DNA of 64,000 nucleotides from the human T2T-CHM13v2.0 reference genome, Homo sapiens: the NCBI RefSeq assembly GCF_009914755.1, contig NC_060926.1. One strand, written 5' to 3'. Of the stretch, positions 13,369 to 26,620 are shown piece by piece; positions within the stretch are counted from its first letter, which is position 1; each line of letters opens with the position of its first letter. The position numbers and the translations under genes were made by a program. The notes below the pieces were generated by a model. It made no database searches. It saw nothing but the letters and a program-made list of their open reading frames with translations, and was not told the origin of the DNA.

Positions 13369-14171
13369 CAGCTTACTGGCACATCTGAATTGTGAGTGTT
13401 CCTTCTGTAGCCTCTACCTGAAGGCTCACATGGAATGCTGCCTCCCCACCCCTCTGACAAAATCAAAGTGACTCCTGCTTATCAGCTGAAATTTGCTCCC
13501 TGTAAGTTCAACCTGATGGTCTTGGTTCCATCCCTTGGGTCCCAAAGAAAAAATCTTCATTTCCTTTCCATGAAAAAGCCCCACTACCATCCTTCCACCT
13601 CCCACCCCCACTGCCACCTCCCCATAACCTCACAAGTGCTCTTTTATTCAGATCCAATAGGCAAATATTTTCTAATCACTCTTCATGTGCTATGGTTCCA
13701 AGACTCATTTTTTCACAAAAGCTTTCAACAGGGACAATAAGCAGCCAACATGGCAGGCATTCACTTCATTTCCCCTCCCCTGTCTCCCTCACAGAAATCA
13801 GGAAATGAGGAGGTACACTTAAGCAAAAGGCCTACTGGATAAGCCACAATCTGGATGATTCAGAGTTATTTTCAGCTTGGACCCAAACAGTTTTATAAAA
13901 ATGGCAAAGAAGCTGGATACCTCTGGTGTGAATCATGAGGAAAAGGGCAGGGCCCCAGAAAAGAAATGGGATCTACATGGGCCATTCTAGGTCTCAGACC
14001 TTTGTGCTAAATTGCAAAGAATTTAAGCGTATTTGAGAGTGCTCCTAAGTGAAAGGTAAAGAAAAATAGCCCCTGCCAAAGAGAGGTAAGTAGGAACTTG
14101 GCATCCCTGTGGACAGACCTGGGTGTCTCTGCAGGAAGATGAGCTCATCTCTTCAGGCAGATTATCTGGTT

Positions 14172-14392
14172 CAATGGTTGGCAAACTACTATGGCTTTCA
14201 GGCCTAATCTGGCCCATTGCCTGTTTTTGTAAATAAAGTTTTATTGAAACAAAGCCATGCCCATCTGTTCACCTATTGTCTATGGTTGTTTTTGTGCTAG
14301 AATGGCAGGCTTCAGTAGTTGCAACAGAGACAATGGCTCACAAAATCTAAGATATTTGTATCTGACTCTACAGAAAAGTCTGCCAACCCCTG
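14172..14392 (+). mobile_element. MER58A hAT-Charlie element
   Basis: ggttggcaaactac...gcctgtttttgtaaataaagttttattg...tgccaacccctg. Confidence 0.88.
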
Positions 14393-14899
14393 ATCTTGTT
14401 CACTCTTTCCTGTATTGTATGCCTTGCAACACTAGTCCCCTGTCATACTTCCCCAAATGTGGTGGGAAAAATCCTCACACTAGTTGCCCCTCTTAGAAAT
14501 ACACAGTGCTCACCAGCCTTTAAAGCCTCCAAGAAGTCTTGCAGCCATGCATCTGCTTTCCTTTTTTTAACTCAGCAGTCCTTAAACTCACCTGACCTAT
14601 CAGCATTCCACAGAGCATGGGGAGCACAGGCAGTGAAACACCAATCTTGTTGCTTATTACTGTTCTTTGAATTGATTTTCTATTGTTTTTTCTAAGCCTG
14701 TAGACAGGCCTTACTTAGATTTTCAAGTTTAGTGACAGTTTTGCTGATGATATCTGAGGGAGGGCTGTGGTTTCCCCTTAAGCCAGGGTAGGAGAGGCGA
14801 GTAGTGCTTTCCTCCTTGACGGGCGTGGTAATAACAGAAGTGGGGAGAACTGCAGCGGGCAGAGGATTTTCCCTCCAATGTCATCATACTTTCTCTCCT

Positions 14900-15980
14900 T
14901 ACTGGATCATCTCTCTAAGCATAGAAATAGAGCATCTTTTACCTTAAGAAAATCACATTCCTATCCAGCTACCTCCCACCCATTTCTGCTGACATTTGCA
15001 ATAGAACTCCTCTAAAGCACTGTCAATATACATTTCCTCCAATCTCCTTCCCATCCTCTCTTGAACCCACTCTAGTCAGGCTTTCTCCCTCACCACTCCC
15101 CCGAAATGGCTCTTGTCAAGGTCATTATGACCTCCAGATAGCTAAAACCAATAGTCAAGGCTCAGCTTCTGCTGCAGTCAAAATATCTGCAGCATTCTAC
15201 ACAGAAAATGACCTTCCTCTTCCAAGCATCTCTTCTCTTGGCTTCTGGGACCCCACTCTCTCAGTTCTCCTTCTACCTCCCTCTCAGCCACTGTACGGGT
15301 TCCTCTCACCTCCTTGACCTATGACTGTTGGATGCCTCAAAGCCTTCTTGGAATGATTTTTTTCTTACCTACACTTTCTCTGGTCATCTCATCCTGTCTC
15401 GTGGCTTTAATACCAAGCACCTGCTAGCAACTCCCACATTTCTTTCTTTTTTTTTTCAATCTCAGTAGACCTTCACCTGTAGTAAGTCTTATAAAAATAA
15501 TTACAGCAATTTGCCAACATAATCGTGATTGCATCTCTTTTTTACAAAGGCTTTTATTTTAAGTTTAGGGGTATGTGTGCAAGTTTGTTACACAGGTAAA
15601 CCACATTTCTATTGCTTTCTTTTGTCTGGAATGCTCTCTCCCCAGAAATCCATGTGGCTTACTTCTTTCATGTTTCTGCTCAAATATCACATTAGTGAGG
15701 TTCTCTCTGACAACTCTCTATAAATATATGTATAAAGAACACCCGCATGCCACACCTGCCTCCCAGTGCTCCCTTGCCATGCTTTCTTTTCTTCCTACCA
15801 CCTATTACCATTTGATATATTCTCTACATCTGCTTATATTTGTTAGCTGTCTGTCTTCCCTCACTAGAACATATGCTTCATGAAGGCAGGGAATATTTTG
15901 TTCTTGGCTGCAATTCCAGGGCCTACAGTCCTGCAAGACACATAGTAGACACTCAGCAAATATTTTAGGATGGATGAACA
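14900..15980 (+). mobile_element. L2a, internally deleted and interrupted at 15444-15600
   Basis: ctcttgtcaaggtca, cttggcttctgggac, tctggaatgctct, tagaacatatgcttcatgaaggcaggga, acatagtagacactcagcaaatatt. Confidence 0.8.
15444..15600 (-). mobile_element. Severely 5'-truncated old L1PA 3' end plus ~95 nt extra sequence and poly-A
   Basis: 15551-15600 ttttattttaagtttaggggtatgtgtgcaagtttgttacacaggtaaa is an antisense L1PA terminus; 10-bp TSD ccacatttct at 15434 and 15601. Confidence 0.8.
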
Positions 15981-16423
15981 GAGGTGTGAGTTGTCTGACA
16001 TAGGGTTCTAGAGTTCATCATGATTTCATAGCTGATGGATCTAAGATTGTGTCTTCTTGTCCTAAATCACATGGCTTGTTAGTGGCAGAGCTGACATCAG
16101 ACACCTGGTCATTTGTTGAGTCTCTCCTAAGTTCCAGGCACTGTAATGAACCGTGTGGACATAGGCGCCATTTCTGCTGTCATGGAGATTTTCAGTGAAG
16201 ACTGACTTTGAATGGACGATGCTTGCTCCTTGACCTCTAGACCAGGCTCTTTCTATCATAATGTTTCCACCGTCCTAATGACCAGTTGTGACCAAGAAGA
16301 TGTTTGTCCTTAAATAGCCACCATTCCCTCCTGAGGCATAAATCTTAGACAGAGGACTTCTGCAGCAGGAAAGAAATTTACCCTTCACATTTAAGGCAAC
16401 TTTCTCAGCTCTCCACAGTATGA

Positions 16424-16816
<393 letters not shown>

Positions 16817-17225
16817 TAATGCCTGTGCCTTATCTGGGTGAATAGTTGTTTTTTTGTGTGTGGTTTTTTTTCTTTTGTCCACTCTCTCTGGTGCCCATTC
16901 CAAAGTGTTGCAAGCCTGCCCTTCCATGCTGAGAAGATTTCATTATGTGATAGCAAGTCGGGAGAGGCAGGGGCTCTGTGACAACTCTACCCAATCCTGG
17001 TGGCCCACAGAAGAGAAATATTAAGAGCTTTTGTTTAGAGGTCTTCTCTCACTCATCTACACATCCAAAATTAATAAAATTTTAGAATCCAGAATATTAG
17101 ATTTGGATGGGATCTCAAATGGCATATTGTCTCACCATGTTGCACCAATGCAGTGATCCCTGAAACATCTGTGACATGTGAGTCACCTTCACTTGGTGCT
17201 TTTTATCAACAGAACATATTTACAT

Positions 17226-17520
17226 TTTTTTTTTTTTTCAGATACAGGGTCTTGCTCTGTCACCCAGGTTGAAGTGCAATAGCACAATAACAGCTCACTA
17301 TAGCTTTGAACTTCTGGGCTCAAGCAATTCTCCCACCTCAGCCTCCTGAGTAGCTGGGACTACAGGCACAAGCCACCACACTTGGCTAGTTTTAATCTTT
17401 TGTAGGGATGAGATCTCACTGTGTTGCCCAGGCTGGTCTTGAACTCCTGGCCTCAAGTGACCTTCCCAATGCAGTCCCACCAAGTGCTGGGATTATGAGC
17501 ATGAGCCACTGCACCTGGCC
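17226..17520 (-). mobile_element. AluJ
   Basis: AluJ diagnostics (gctcactatagctttgaacttctgggctcaagc; tctcactgtgttgcccaggctgg). Confidence 0.93.
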
Positions 17521-19153
17521 TAGATTTACTCTCATACAATTTTCCTTAGGTTGAGATAAAACCAACCTCCCTAAAGCTTCCACACATTGGCCCTGGTTTT
17601 GTCCTTGACACCTATTTTGAGTAAATCTCATCGTTCACTTAATTATCAGGTCTTCCAGTAGGCCTGTGAACCCAGAAAAGAGCATTTAGTCCATTCATGT
17701 TGGATATAAGTACCAGCATAACTTTGTTGGCTATTAAAGCAAACAGATGTTTGTAAATCTTTGTTATTTCACATGCTGCAACAGGAGTACCAAGCGACAG
17801 TTGCCATTACCAGCGTATGGATGGGGAAACCAAGGCATATGGATGGCTGATGACTTGCTGTTGGCTCAGTGGACAAATGATTCCCGGCTGCTTGTCCTTT
17901 GCTCTGACTTGGACTCCTTAATGTATTGCATACTCCAGAGAAAGCTATTATAATAATGGCTCCAAGAACATTAGAATTTCTATTATTGAGAAAGATGCAC
18001 TTTCATTTAAAGGGTTTCATTCGTCTTAAATGAGTTCTACTTTCTGCTTTCCTTTCATTCGAATCCCATGTTTATTATTTCTGCTCCACGGCTGGCCTGA
18101 TAAATCTGAAATTCCACTCACACCAGCCAGCAAACTCGATTCCAAGCAGCGGCAGATAGGAGAACTTGGTCTGTTGGAGACAAAGGTTTCTCTCCAGTTT
18201 GGTCAGCAAGTTGGATTTAAACTGACAAGATCATAGCTCTACAAAAATAAGATCTATTAATTGTCCTGTGAAAGGAAAAGGTCACTGGACAAATGTTACT
18301 CTGTATCTCATTTTACAGCTAGAGTCTGGGCATCCGCATCAAATCATTTCTCTGTAACTAGATTCTGCTTCTCAACAATAATTAAAAAAATGACTCCGGA
18401 TAAGATCATGTCCTAGTTCTGCTTGTGAGTTTTGTCACTTGAATACATTTCACTTATGCTGAAATCAGCCTGGAGTTGCTGACACTGTACTTCCTCTAGG
18501 ACCCCACTGAAAAATGTATGAGAGGTGACTGGGATCATTAATTGATTCTCCCAGATCCCCTTTGTTGCCTACTTCTCAGACTTTGGCTCCAAAAGTAGAA
18601 CAGAAGTTTCTCTAATGTGACCTAGGTCACTAACACCAAAAGAGTGTGGGAGAGGGACAGGCATGGGAATGTTGCCCATCAGACCAAATGTGATACCCCT
18701 GGGAATCAAATGTGATTTGGGGGTTCCATGCTGAAGTCACCAGGGATGGCTGGGCTGCAGGGGAACAGCCACAGACAGCATCTTGGCCAGAGTGATAGGC
18801 ATTATTTGGGTGGATGGTGTGGGACAGCACAAAGGGAAAGGAGGCTACAGACAAGAACTTTCTCTGGCTCTCCTTAAGGTAAGTGGGCAGAACCGACAGT
18901 GCATCAGCTCCTTAGGCTGGTAGGAGCATATTTTCAGACTCAGCAAACATTTACTATCTACTATGTGCCCATCAAAAAGTAAACACTTTCATAAACAGTA
19001 CATATAATTCTCACTACAACCCTGTGAGATAGGTAGAGTTTTAAATCCCTGGCTTTCCGTGTGCTTGTTTGTTTGCTGTTAACAGTTACATGAAATGGTT
19101 ATGTCAACCATCTGAACTCTTACCTTAAGGAAAGAGGAGGTTATATAAATAAA

Positions 19154-19538
19154 TGATATGGCTTGGCTCTGTGTCCCCACCCAAATCTCATCTTGAAATG
19201 TAATCCCCACAGTTAGGGGGAGGGGCCTAGTGGGAGGTGATTGGATCGTGGGCATGGGCTTCCTTCCCCCTTGCTGTTCTTGTGATAGTGAGTGAACTCT
19301 CAGGAGATCTGGTTGTTTGAAGGTGTGTGGCACTTCCCCCTTCGCTCTATCTCTCTGTCTCCTGCCACAGGTGTTTGCTTCCCCTTTGTATCCACCATGA
19401 TTGTAAGTTTCCTGAGGTCTGGCAGTCATGCTTCCTGTGAAGCCTGCAGAGCTGTGAGTCAAATATACCCTTTTTCTTCGTAAATTACCAGTCTCGGGTA
19501 GTTCTTTATATACAGCAGTGTGAAAACAGACTAATACA
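19154..19538 (+). mobile_element. MaLR solo LTR, MSTA/MSTB
   Basis: TGatatggcttggctctgtgtccccacccaaatctc...gactaataCA; perfect 5-bp TSD ataaa. Confidence 0.92.
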
Positions 19539-22114
19539 ATAAATAAACAAAGAGACAGACAAACAGGTTCTTTCTCTACGGTATCAATGCCAGGAACACC
19601 TTATAGGAACAGATCCAGACAGGGTGACTCGCTCACCAGCTCAGGGCCTGGAAGTGGCCGACTTGGGACTTGACACCAGGGTGTGCAACAGAACCCAGGC
19701 TTCCTCCCTTCCCCCTCCCACTGCCTTCAATGTTAATGGCCTGTTCAATGCCTTTGTGCTTCTGAGACAGATACCTTTGCAGTTGCCATCTCAGTAGTGT
19801 GCTAATAGCATCTCTGATTTTGAAAATGAAAAAGTTTAAAAAATTAAGCCTTTCTAAATATAATTTGCACGTCTTCCCCTCCTGTGCTTTTAGCTGTGTG
19901 TGTTGTTTTTAAAGTCTTTATCTGGGTGATTATTAAAGTCCCTGGTAGGTTGCATTTTACTCTGCTTCCTTGGTTTCAATCATCCCTGGAGTTATTTCTA
20001 CGTTTCAGGGTTCCATGCTGAAGATAAATGTAGAAATTCTACTTCAAACATGGACAATTTCTCTCTGTTTCCAAAGTGATCATGAGGTCAACTAATGCTC
20101 AGCTAAGGAGGAACCGTCCTACCCAGAAGAGAGTTCTCCCTCGAGGTCATTCACTTTCCAATCAATGCTCCCGAATTCCCCCAAAACTTACTGAAACTTC
20201 TCTCTCTTTTCACCTGGCCCCTAGCCCTGAACGATCGCCCTCCTGTTGAGGAGTCTGTGATGGCAACATCTCCAGGTAGTTTAGCTCATGAAGGGGGTGC
20301 TGGGAGTGGGGATGGGAAAATGGGAGCTTCAGGATGTTTATTAAGTGCTGGACTGTTAATGTCAGTGAAGAGGTGACAGAAAGAGGCAGCTGTGCCCATC
20401 CTGCAGGGAGTCAGTGATGCTGTCTTCCCTCCTGTCTTGCTGTAGTACCTTCGGAATTTTAGAGTTCCAGACTACATAACACCTTCAGAACAATTCCAGA
20501 ACAGTTTGGGAAGAAGGGAATCAAAACAAAAAATAAAGTAGGAACCATGACCTCCTCTCACTCCAGGCATACACACACCACGGGGGGTCTGAGTACAAAA
20601 GCAAAGGCACAATATCAAACATGAGTTTTGTCAGAGAGGAAAAATGTTGAGAACAAATTCATGAATTCTAGTCCTATTTACATTTCAATCCCCAAACTAA
20701 TTGTTTACTCATAAGTGTTCTGTCATGATTGTGGTCATTGGTAGCTTTCTGTAAATAAACCTAAAAAACTTTATTATCCCAAATTATTTTTCGAATGCCT
20801 GAGCCACAAAGAAGCCGAGAGCTAAATTTAGTGCTCAACTGCAATAATCAATTTATCCCAGATGACTGGCATTTCTCATTCTCTTCTCCTTTTAATTAGT
20901 CTTGGCTTTCCTTCCATTTTTAATTGTCCAGGTTTATTTGAGATTTAACATAATAAACTACCTCAATCCCTTTTGCATTTCTCTTCGGGAAATTAAATTA
21001 GCTAACATTTTCAGATGTTGACTCTTCCTTCCAAGGCATAAGCTCTTCCTTTAAAAAATCAGCTTTGTAAACACAAGTATCAATAGAAACACAGTTCAAT
21101 GGCTTGGGCACTGTTCTTCCTTGTTGCGGACCTCAGCTGACATGCAGTCTTTAGCCAGGGCGTATGTCACACAGGTACACAAGCACTTCACACATCTATA
21201 TCTCTTTCATGAAGAAAGTGAAACCTTGTTCTCCATGGAATGGAAATCTTAAACACTAGGTAGAGCACTGATGAGTTCAGTGTTTCTTCACAATAAATAC
21301 ACAGCATTTTATACCATAAAACGAATTTGTACTGTCTGAACAAAATGGCTTTACATACTGCCAGATGTGATTATCAAGATTGATTTTCTCCTGCCCTGTG
21401 GTAACCAGGTTACTTAGCTTTGCAGATTCAGCTGGTCTTGCTTTTCCCTCTGGCTAAGTAGAGACAGATCCACTCCCAGCAAGTCAGGAAAAAGGGGGGG
21501 TTCTACAGCTCAGGGACTAATGGGCAATGAAACAGGAGCCAGTGTTTCCTACCCAAGCCATCGTCTCTCATCCTGCTTCCAATCAGCACTGATCCTGCCC
21601 AGACAGCCTTGTGTGACAGGAGACTCACCGGGGGCATCAGGACTCAGAGAAAGTGAGGAGGAGCTGGGGCAGAGTTCACCTCCCCCTACCGTTCCCCAGG
21701 CTCCTTTCCCTAGACCATGGCCCTGCTTCTCTCGGGTCCTCGGATGCCTGCTGACGAGGGCTGCCTGCCTCCCGAACCCTTAGTATCAACTCCTACAGCT
21801 AGTTCCAGTGGCGCTGGCATCAGTGGGACCTGGCTTCCAATCCCAGCTCTGCCACTTGCCAGCTCTGGATCATGTCGCCTCTCGAAAGTCCAGTTTGCTC
21901 AACAGGTAGAATAATCCTCACATCACTACTGAAAGTTTCACCTATTTCCAGTGCCTAGAACCATGGTAGGCCCTGTGAAAGGCTCTGTGGTTAGTTCCTT
22001 TCACTCTACTTTCCAGCCCCTGCCCTCCCAGGCTTGCTGAGCCTAGCTCCTTGCTCTAAGATTCCCCTCTCTGTAGACTGACAGCATGTTCCATCCACTC
22101 CAAATGATCTGGAG

Positions 22115-22714
22115 ACCGACAAGAATTCTGTCTGTGACCAAACATTAATCAGGCTCATCTGAGCCCCACTAAGCCCCATGCTTGGGCAGGGCCTCCACGA
22201 GCCCAATTTCAGCAAGAATCCTGTCACGTCAATTTAGCCAGAATCCCCTACTCTTCATATCTGATTGAATTTCCCATCCTTCACCATCCCCCAGGTCATG
22301 TCTGATTACCCTGGCCTGCATGGCTCCTGTTGGGTCAGTTTGGCCAGAATCCCCCCATCCCTGATGTTTCTTCTTAGTAATTTTCTATACACAGACAACT
22401 TCCCCCTCCCCTGGTTTTTGGCTATCAATTCCCACTTTTTCTTGTTGGATTCTGAGTTGAGCACATTCTCCAGCCCGTATGGTGAAACCTCTGTTGCAGT
22501 CATCCGGAATAAACTCTGCCTTACAGTTCTTTAACAAGTATCATGGATAATTTTTTTAAGTTTTATTTATTCATTTTTTAAGAGACAGAGTCTTGCTATG
22601 TTGCCCAGGCTGGTCTTGAACTCCTGAACTCAAGCAATCCACCTGCCCCAACCTCCCGAAGTACTGGGCCTGCAGGCTTGAGCCACCGCACCCAGCCAAT
22701 GCTTTTCTTTAACA
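22115..22714 (+). mobile_element. ERV1 solo LTR, MER31-like, with FLAM insertion
   Basis: gaccaaacattaatcaggctc, cagcaagaatcctg, agccagaatcccc, aataaactctgcctta, ending tctttaaca. Confidence 0.75.
22551..22697 (-). mobile_element. FLAM_C monomeric Alu
   Basis: gagacagagtcttgctatgttgcccaggctggtcttgaactcctg...gagccaccgcacccagcc (single left monomer). Confidence 0.88.
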
Positions 22715-22904
22715 AGACCTGGAGTATCTATGCTCTTGCTTGTGACTTTAAGGATGCTGTTCCCTCTTCTCCTCCTTCCTACTTGGTTACATGATATTTA
22801 CTCTTCCAGATATCATGCCACCTCCTTTGTGAAATTTTCACTGGACAGCCCCCGCACCCCTGACTCTTGTCCTAGGGTAAAGCTAACCCCTCTTTCTTCT
22901 GTTC

Positions 22905-23145
22905 TTCTAGTGCAAAGCTCTGGCACCAGACTGTCTGGAGTCACATTCCAGCTCCACCTTTCTCTAATTGTTTACTTTGGGCAAATGGTTTAACCTGTCT
23001 GTGCTGTGGTTCCCTTGTTAAAAAATGAGGATAGCAATAATGCCTAGCTCATTGGCTTATAGCACTAACGCATTTATTCTGTTAAGTGCTTCGAGATAGT
23101 GTCGAACTCATAGTAAGTGCTTCAATACATTTAGCGTTATTATCA
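22905..23145 (+). mobile_element. MIR, near full length, within L2 fragments (about 22730-23340)
   Basis: ctttgggcaaatggtttaacctgtctgtgc...aaaatgaggatag...catagtaagtgcttcaata. Confidence 0.8.
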
Positions 23146-24070
23146 GAGCTCTTCTTATAGTTTATAGTTACTGTTGTTATCAATACTATTTGCCCTGTGC
23201 CCACTACTGACCCCACAATCCTTGACTGGGAGGATCCTTCATAGCAGGGATTGGGTCTTATTCATCTTTGCACTTTTCTTCTAATCTCACGTCACCATGG
23301 CACACAGTAGGTACTCAGCACTTTTGCTGATATCAGTAGGTCTAATGAAGGATTCTCTGCAGTTTTAATGTGCCCTCCAAGGCAGTTTATTTTAATAGGA
23401 GGCTTCAAATAGTGCTTGAGCTGCAAGGAATACCTTTTGCACTTCACCCCAGGAAGTCAAATTAGCTAATATTGAGGAGGATGAGGTAGACACCTTGGAA
23501 CCCTCAGGCCTTTCAGTAGCTCTGAATCTCATTTAGTGTTTGGCTGCATCTCCTCTGCAGAGGCCAGGGCCTGGGCCCCTCCCACCTAAATGATTTCTAC
23601 TCAAAGCCATTTTATTAAGTCAGGGATGGGGAGACCCAGACCCTGCTCTGGTGAGGCCGACATCTCTACAGCGGACTTCACGGAGTCACAGCCAGGCATA
23701 TTATGTCACGAGACAGAGTATGGCCACAGCTCTCTGGGCATTAGAAAGGACATAGGAGAGGGAGCTCCTGCTTGGAACCCCCAGGAGCTTTCGGGAAAGA
23801 GGTGGCCTGTGAGTTGGGATTTGAAGATAGTCAGGGTTTCTACTGGCAGGATTAAGGGAAGGACAGCCTGGAAAGATGGGGAGGGATTATCAGCAGTGAA
23901 TAAAGAGAGGGGAGGAAAAGGGCAGAGCCACCAGACGTGTTTGCTAAAACAAACCCTCAAATTCCCTATCTAGGAATTAAATGTAGGCTCAGGTTTTGAA
24001 CTTGCTTAGAGCTCACAGTGGCAAGAGGAAGGAAGATTTACAATTTGAGAATCAAGGCGTCTGAAGAATT

Positions 24071-24777
24071 TGTAATCTGAGAGATCAAAACAGACGCCCC
24101 CTGATGAACTAAGACAGACACAAAGGTTAAGGGGAAAAGATTATCTATTGGAGAGGGCTCTGGACTCAGTGAGCATGGCAACCTCTGAAATTCTTACAGT
24201 TAAGAGAAAAATCACACCCTTCCTAAACTTTCTAACAGTAGGAGCCATCAGGCAAAATATCAGACTCCTCCTAACTCTGTCTTACAACCCAGACCACTAC
24301 AACTCTGAATAGACAGAGGACTGGCCTTATAAACACTCTTTCCTGATAAGCATCTGTAGCCCTTAAGCCAGTTCCAGCAGCTCATAGAAACTGTAGGCAA
24401 ACTGTGCCCTGTCATTCACCTTTTGCCCTAAAGAGCCAAATTCTACCTCATTTTAATGCTAAAGCCCTGCCCCAAAGTGAACATGGGATGTTTGTTACCT
24501 ATGTGTTGGTCCATTGTGCATGTGCTTGACCCACCTCATAAATTTGTATGGCCTTCCTCCACACCTGGTGAATATGTACAGTGATATTCACCTGGTGAAT
24601 ATCTACTATGTGACACAGACCTTCTGAAGCATAAAACACAGCCCACCCTTCCCCTCTTTGAAAAGAAAGCACCTTAGGTCCATGCTGGAAACTGTCTCTT
24701 CTTGGTTTGCAAACTGATATCATCAATAAAGCTCTCCTTTCTACTATTTAGCCATCCTGATGGTCTTTTAGATGTCA
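24071..24777 (+). mobile_element. ERV1 solo LTR, MER39
   Basis: ctgagagatcaaaacagacgcccc...aaggttaagg, aagagccaaattctacctcattttaatgctaaa, aataaagctctcctttctactatttagccatcct. Confidence 0.85.
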
Positions 24778-25119
24778 AAGCTATGAGGAAATTACACCAC
24801 ACAGCCCCCCACTTCTTGTCTGTGTTGACCATTCTGGACACAGAAGCCTCTGCTCTTTTACAAACATCTCTGAAGGAAGGAGAGCTCCTCACAAAGCATC
24901 AGGAATCATTTAGTGGTGGGAAAGCTTTGTGCATGACGATCAGAGGACCCTGAAATCAAATCCACATCTCCCATCTGATCATCTGTAGGCCCTCGACAAG
25001 GGGCAAACCTTAGTTTCCTCTTCTATCACATTGAAATAAGCCTTCCTACTTCAGGGGATGGTGTGATAACTGCATTTCAGAGCGTATAGTCCAGTGACTA
25101 GCACCTAGTGAGCACCCAG

Positions 25120-25401
25120 TGCTGACAAAGACTGTCTCAGGCTCCTCTGAGCCTTCCTCCTGACTTTGGCCCCTGTCCTGTCAGCTCAGTTTTAGTAACA
25201 ATCCTGCTAAGCCAGTTTAGCAAGAAACCCCCCTTCCCTTGACCCACTCATCTGCTTCATAGCTATGAAACCCCACTTGTCCTTGCTGTATCGGGAGCAC
25301 TATCTTCCCTACTATCTCCCCTACTGCAGTGGCCCCATTGTAACAGTCTTGAATGAAGTCTTCCTCGCCATTCTAACAAGTGTCAGAATAACTTCTCTAA
25401 C
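25120..25401 (+). mobile_element. ERV1 LTR, MER31-like, internally deleted
   Basis: tgacaaagact...caggctcctctgagcc...aatcctgctaagccagtttagcaag...tctaacaagtgtcagaataa. Confidence 0.7.
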
Positions 25402-26277
25402 AGTATGTGCATGTGACTATTGCCATCATCTTTCCTCTCTCCCAGGGATCAACAGACAGTGAAATTTTCTACCTAGTTCCTGGTTGGGAAGGCAGCACAC
25501 CCATAGTCCTGTGATGACTCTTCTAGCACCACCGTTGGGCTGGGAGACCTGCCCTTGCACGATGACTCCAGGCAGGTACTTTGGGTTCTGCCTAGCACAG
25601 GGTCTGCCTGGCACATCCCTCCGTAGCTTTCCTTAGGATCAATGTGTTGAGCTGCCAAGGAGGGGTCAAGCCAGACCTTTAGAAGCTGCTCTTAGGTGCT
25701 GACCAACATTCACTCCAGTTCCAAGCAATCAAACCAGCCTTTTGTCAGGGAGAGGCCTCATCTTAGGAAACCAATGTTTCTGATCAAAGGTCAACCTCCA
25801 AATCCAATCCAGATGCAATTATAGTTGTGATTTAAGTACCAGAGTTGAGGTTCAAAGTCCAACTTTTTTTCCTGAAACAACTGACCTCTGCTTTGTGGCA
25901 AAAATGGTTGAGTGTCAGATGACTATAATACAATTTTAATTTAAGATCTAAAACTCGGTGCTACCTTCAAGTTGTCATCAGTTTGTCATTTTTTTTTTTT
26001 TGTTGACAAATTAAGGTGAGTGGGCAGGAGTGCTGTCATCTTCTTTCACCTCCATTTCAATGTCACTCTGTCCCTGAACCTACTTGCCCTTATACTGGTG
26101 GGGAGAGGGTCCCCTCCCTGTGCTCCCAACATGTCCACACCCCCATTTTTAGGATTCTAAGCCACTGTCCCTGACTCTGATTCTCTCCTCCCTAACCCCT
26201 GGTGCAAAGCTGCCCACGCTACAGACTAGGTGGCTACTACCCGTGATATGCAAAACCAATAAAAAATAAAAACACTT

Positions 26278-26620
<343 letters not shown>

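Noticed and set aside
22115-25401. Two same-orientation MER31-like LTRs as the ends of a provirus
   Set aside because: The intervening DNA is L2, MIR and MER39 with no PBS, gag/pol or PPT, and the two LTRs differ in structure; independent solo LTRs are more likely.
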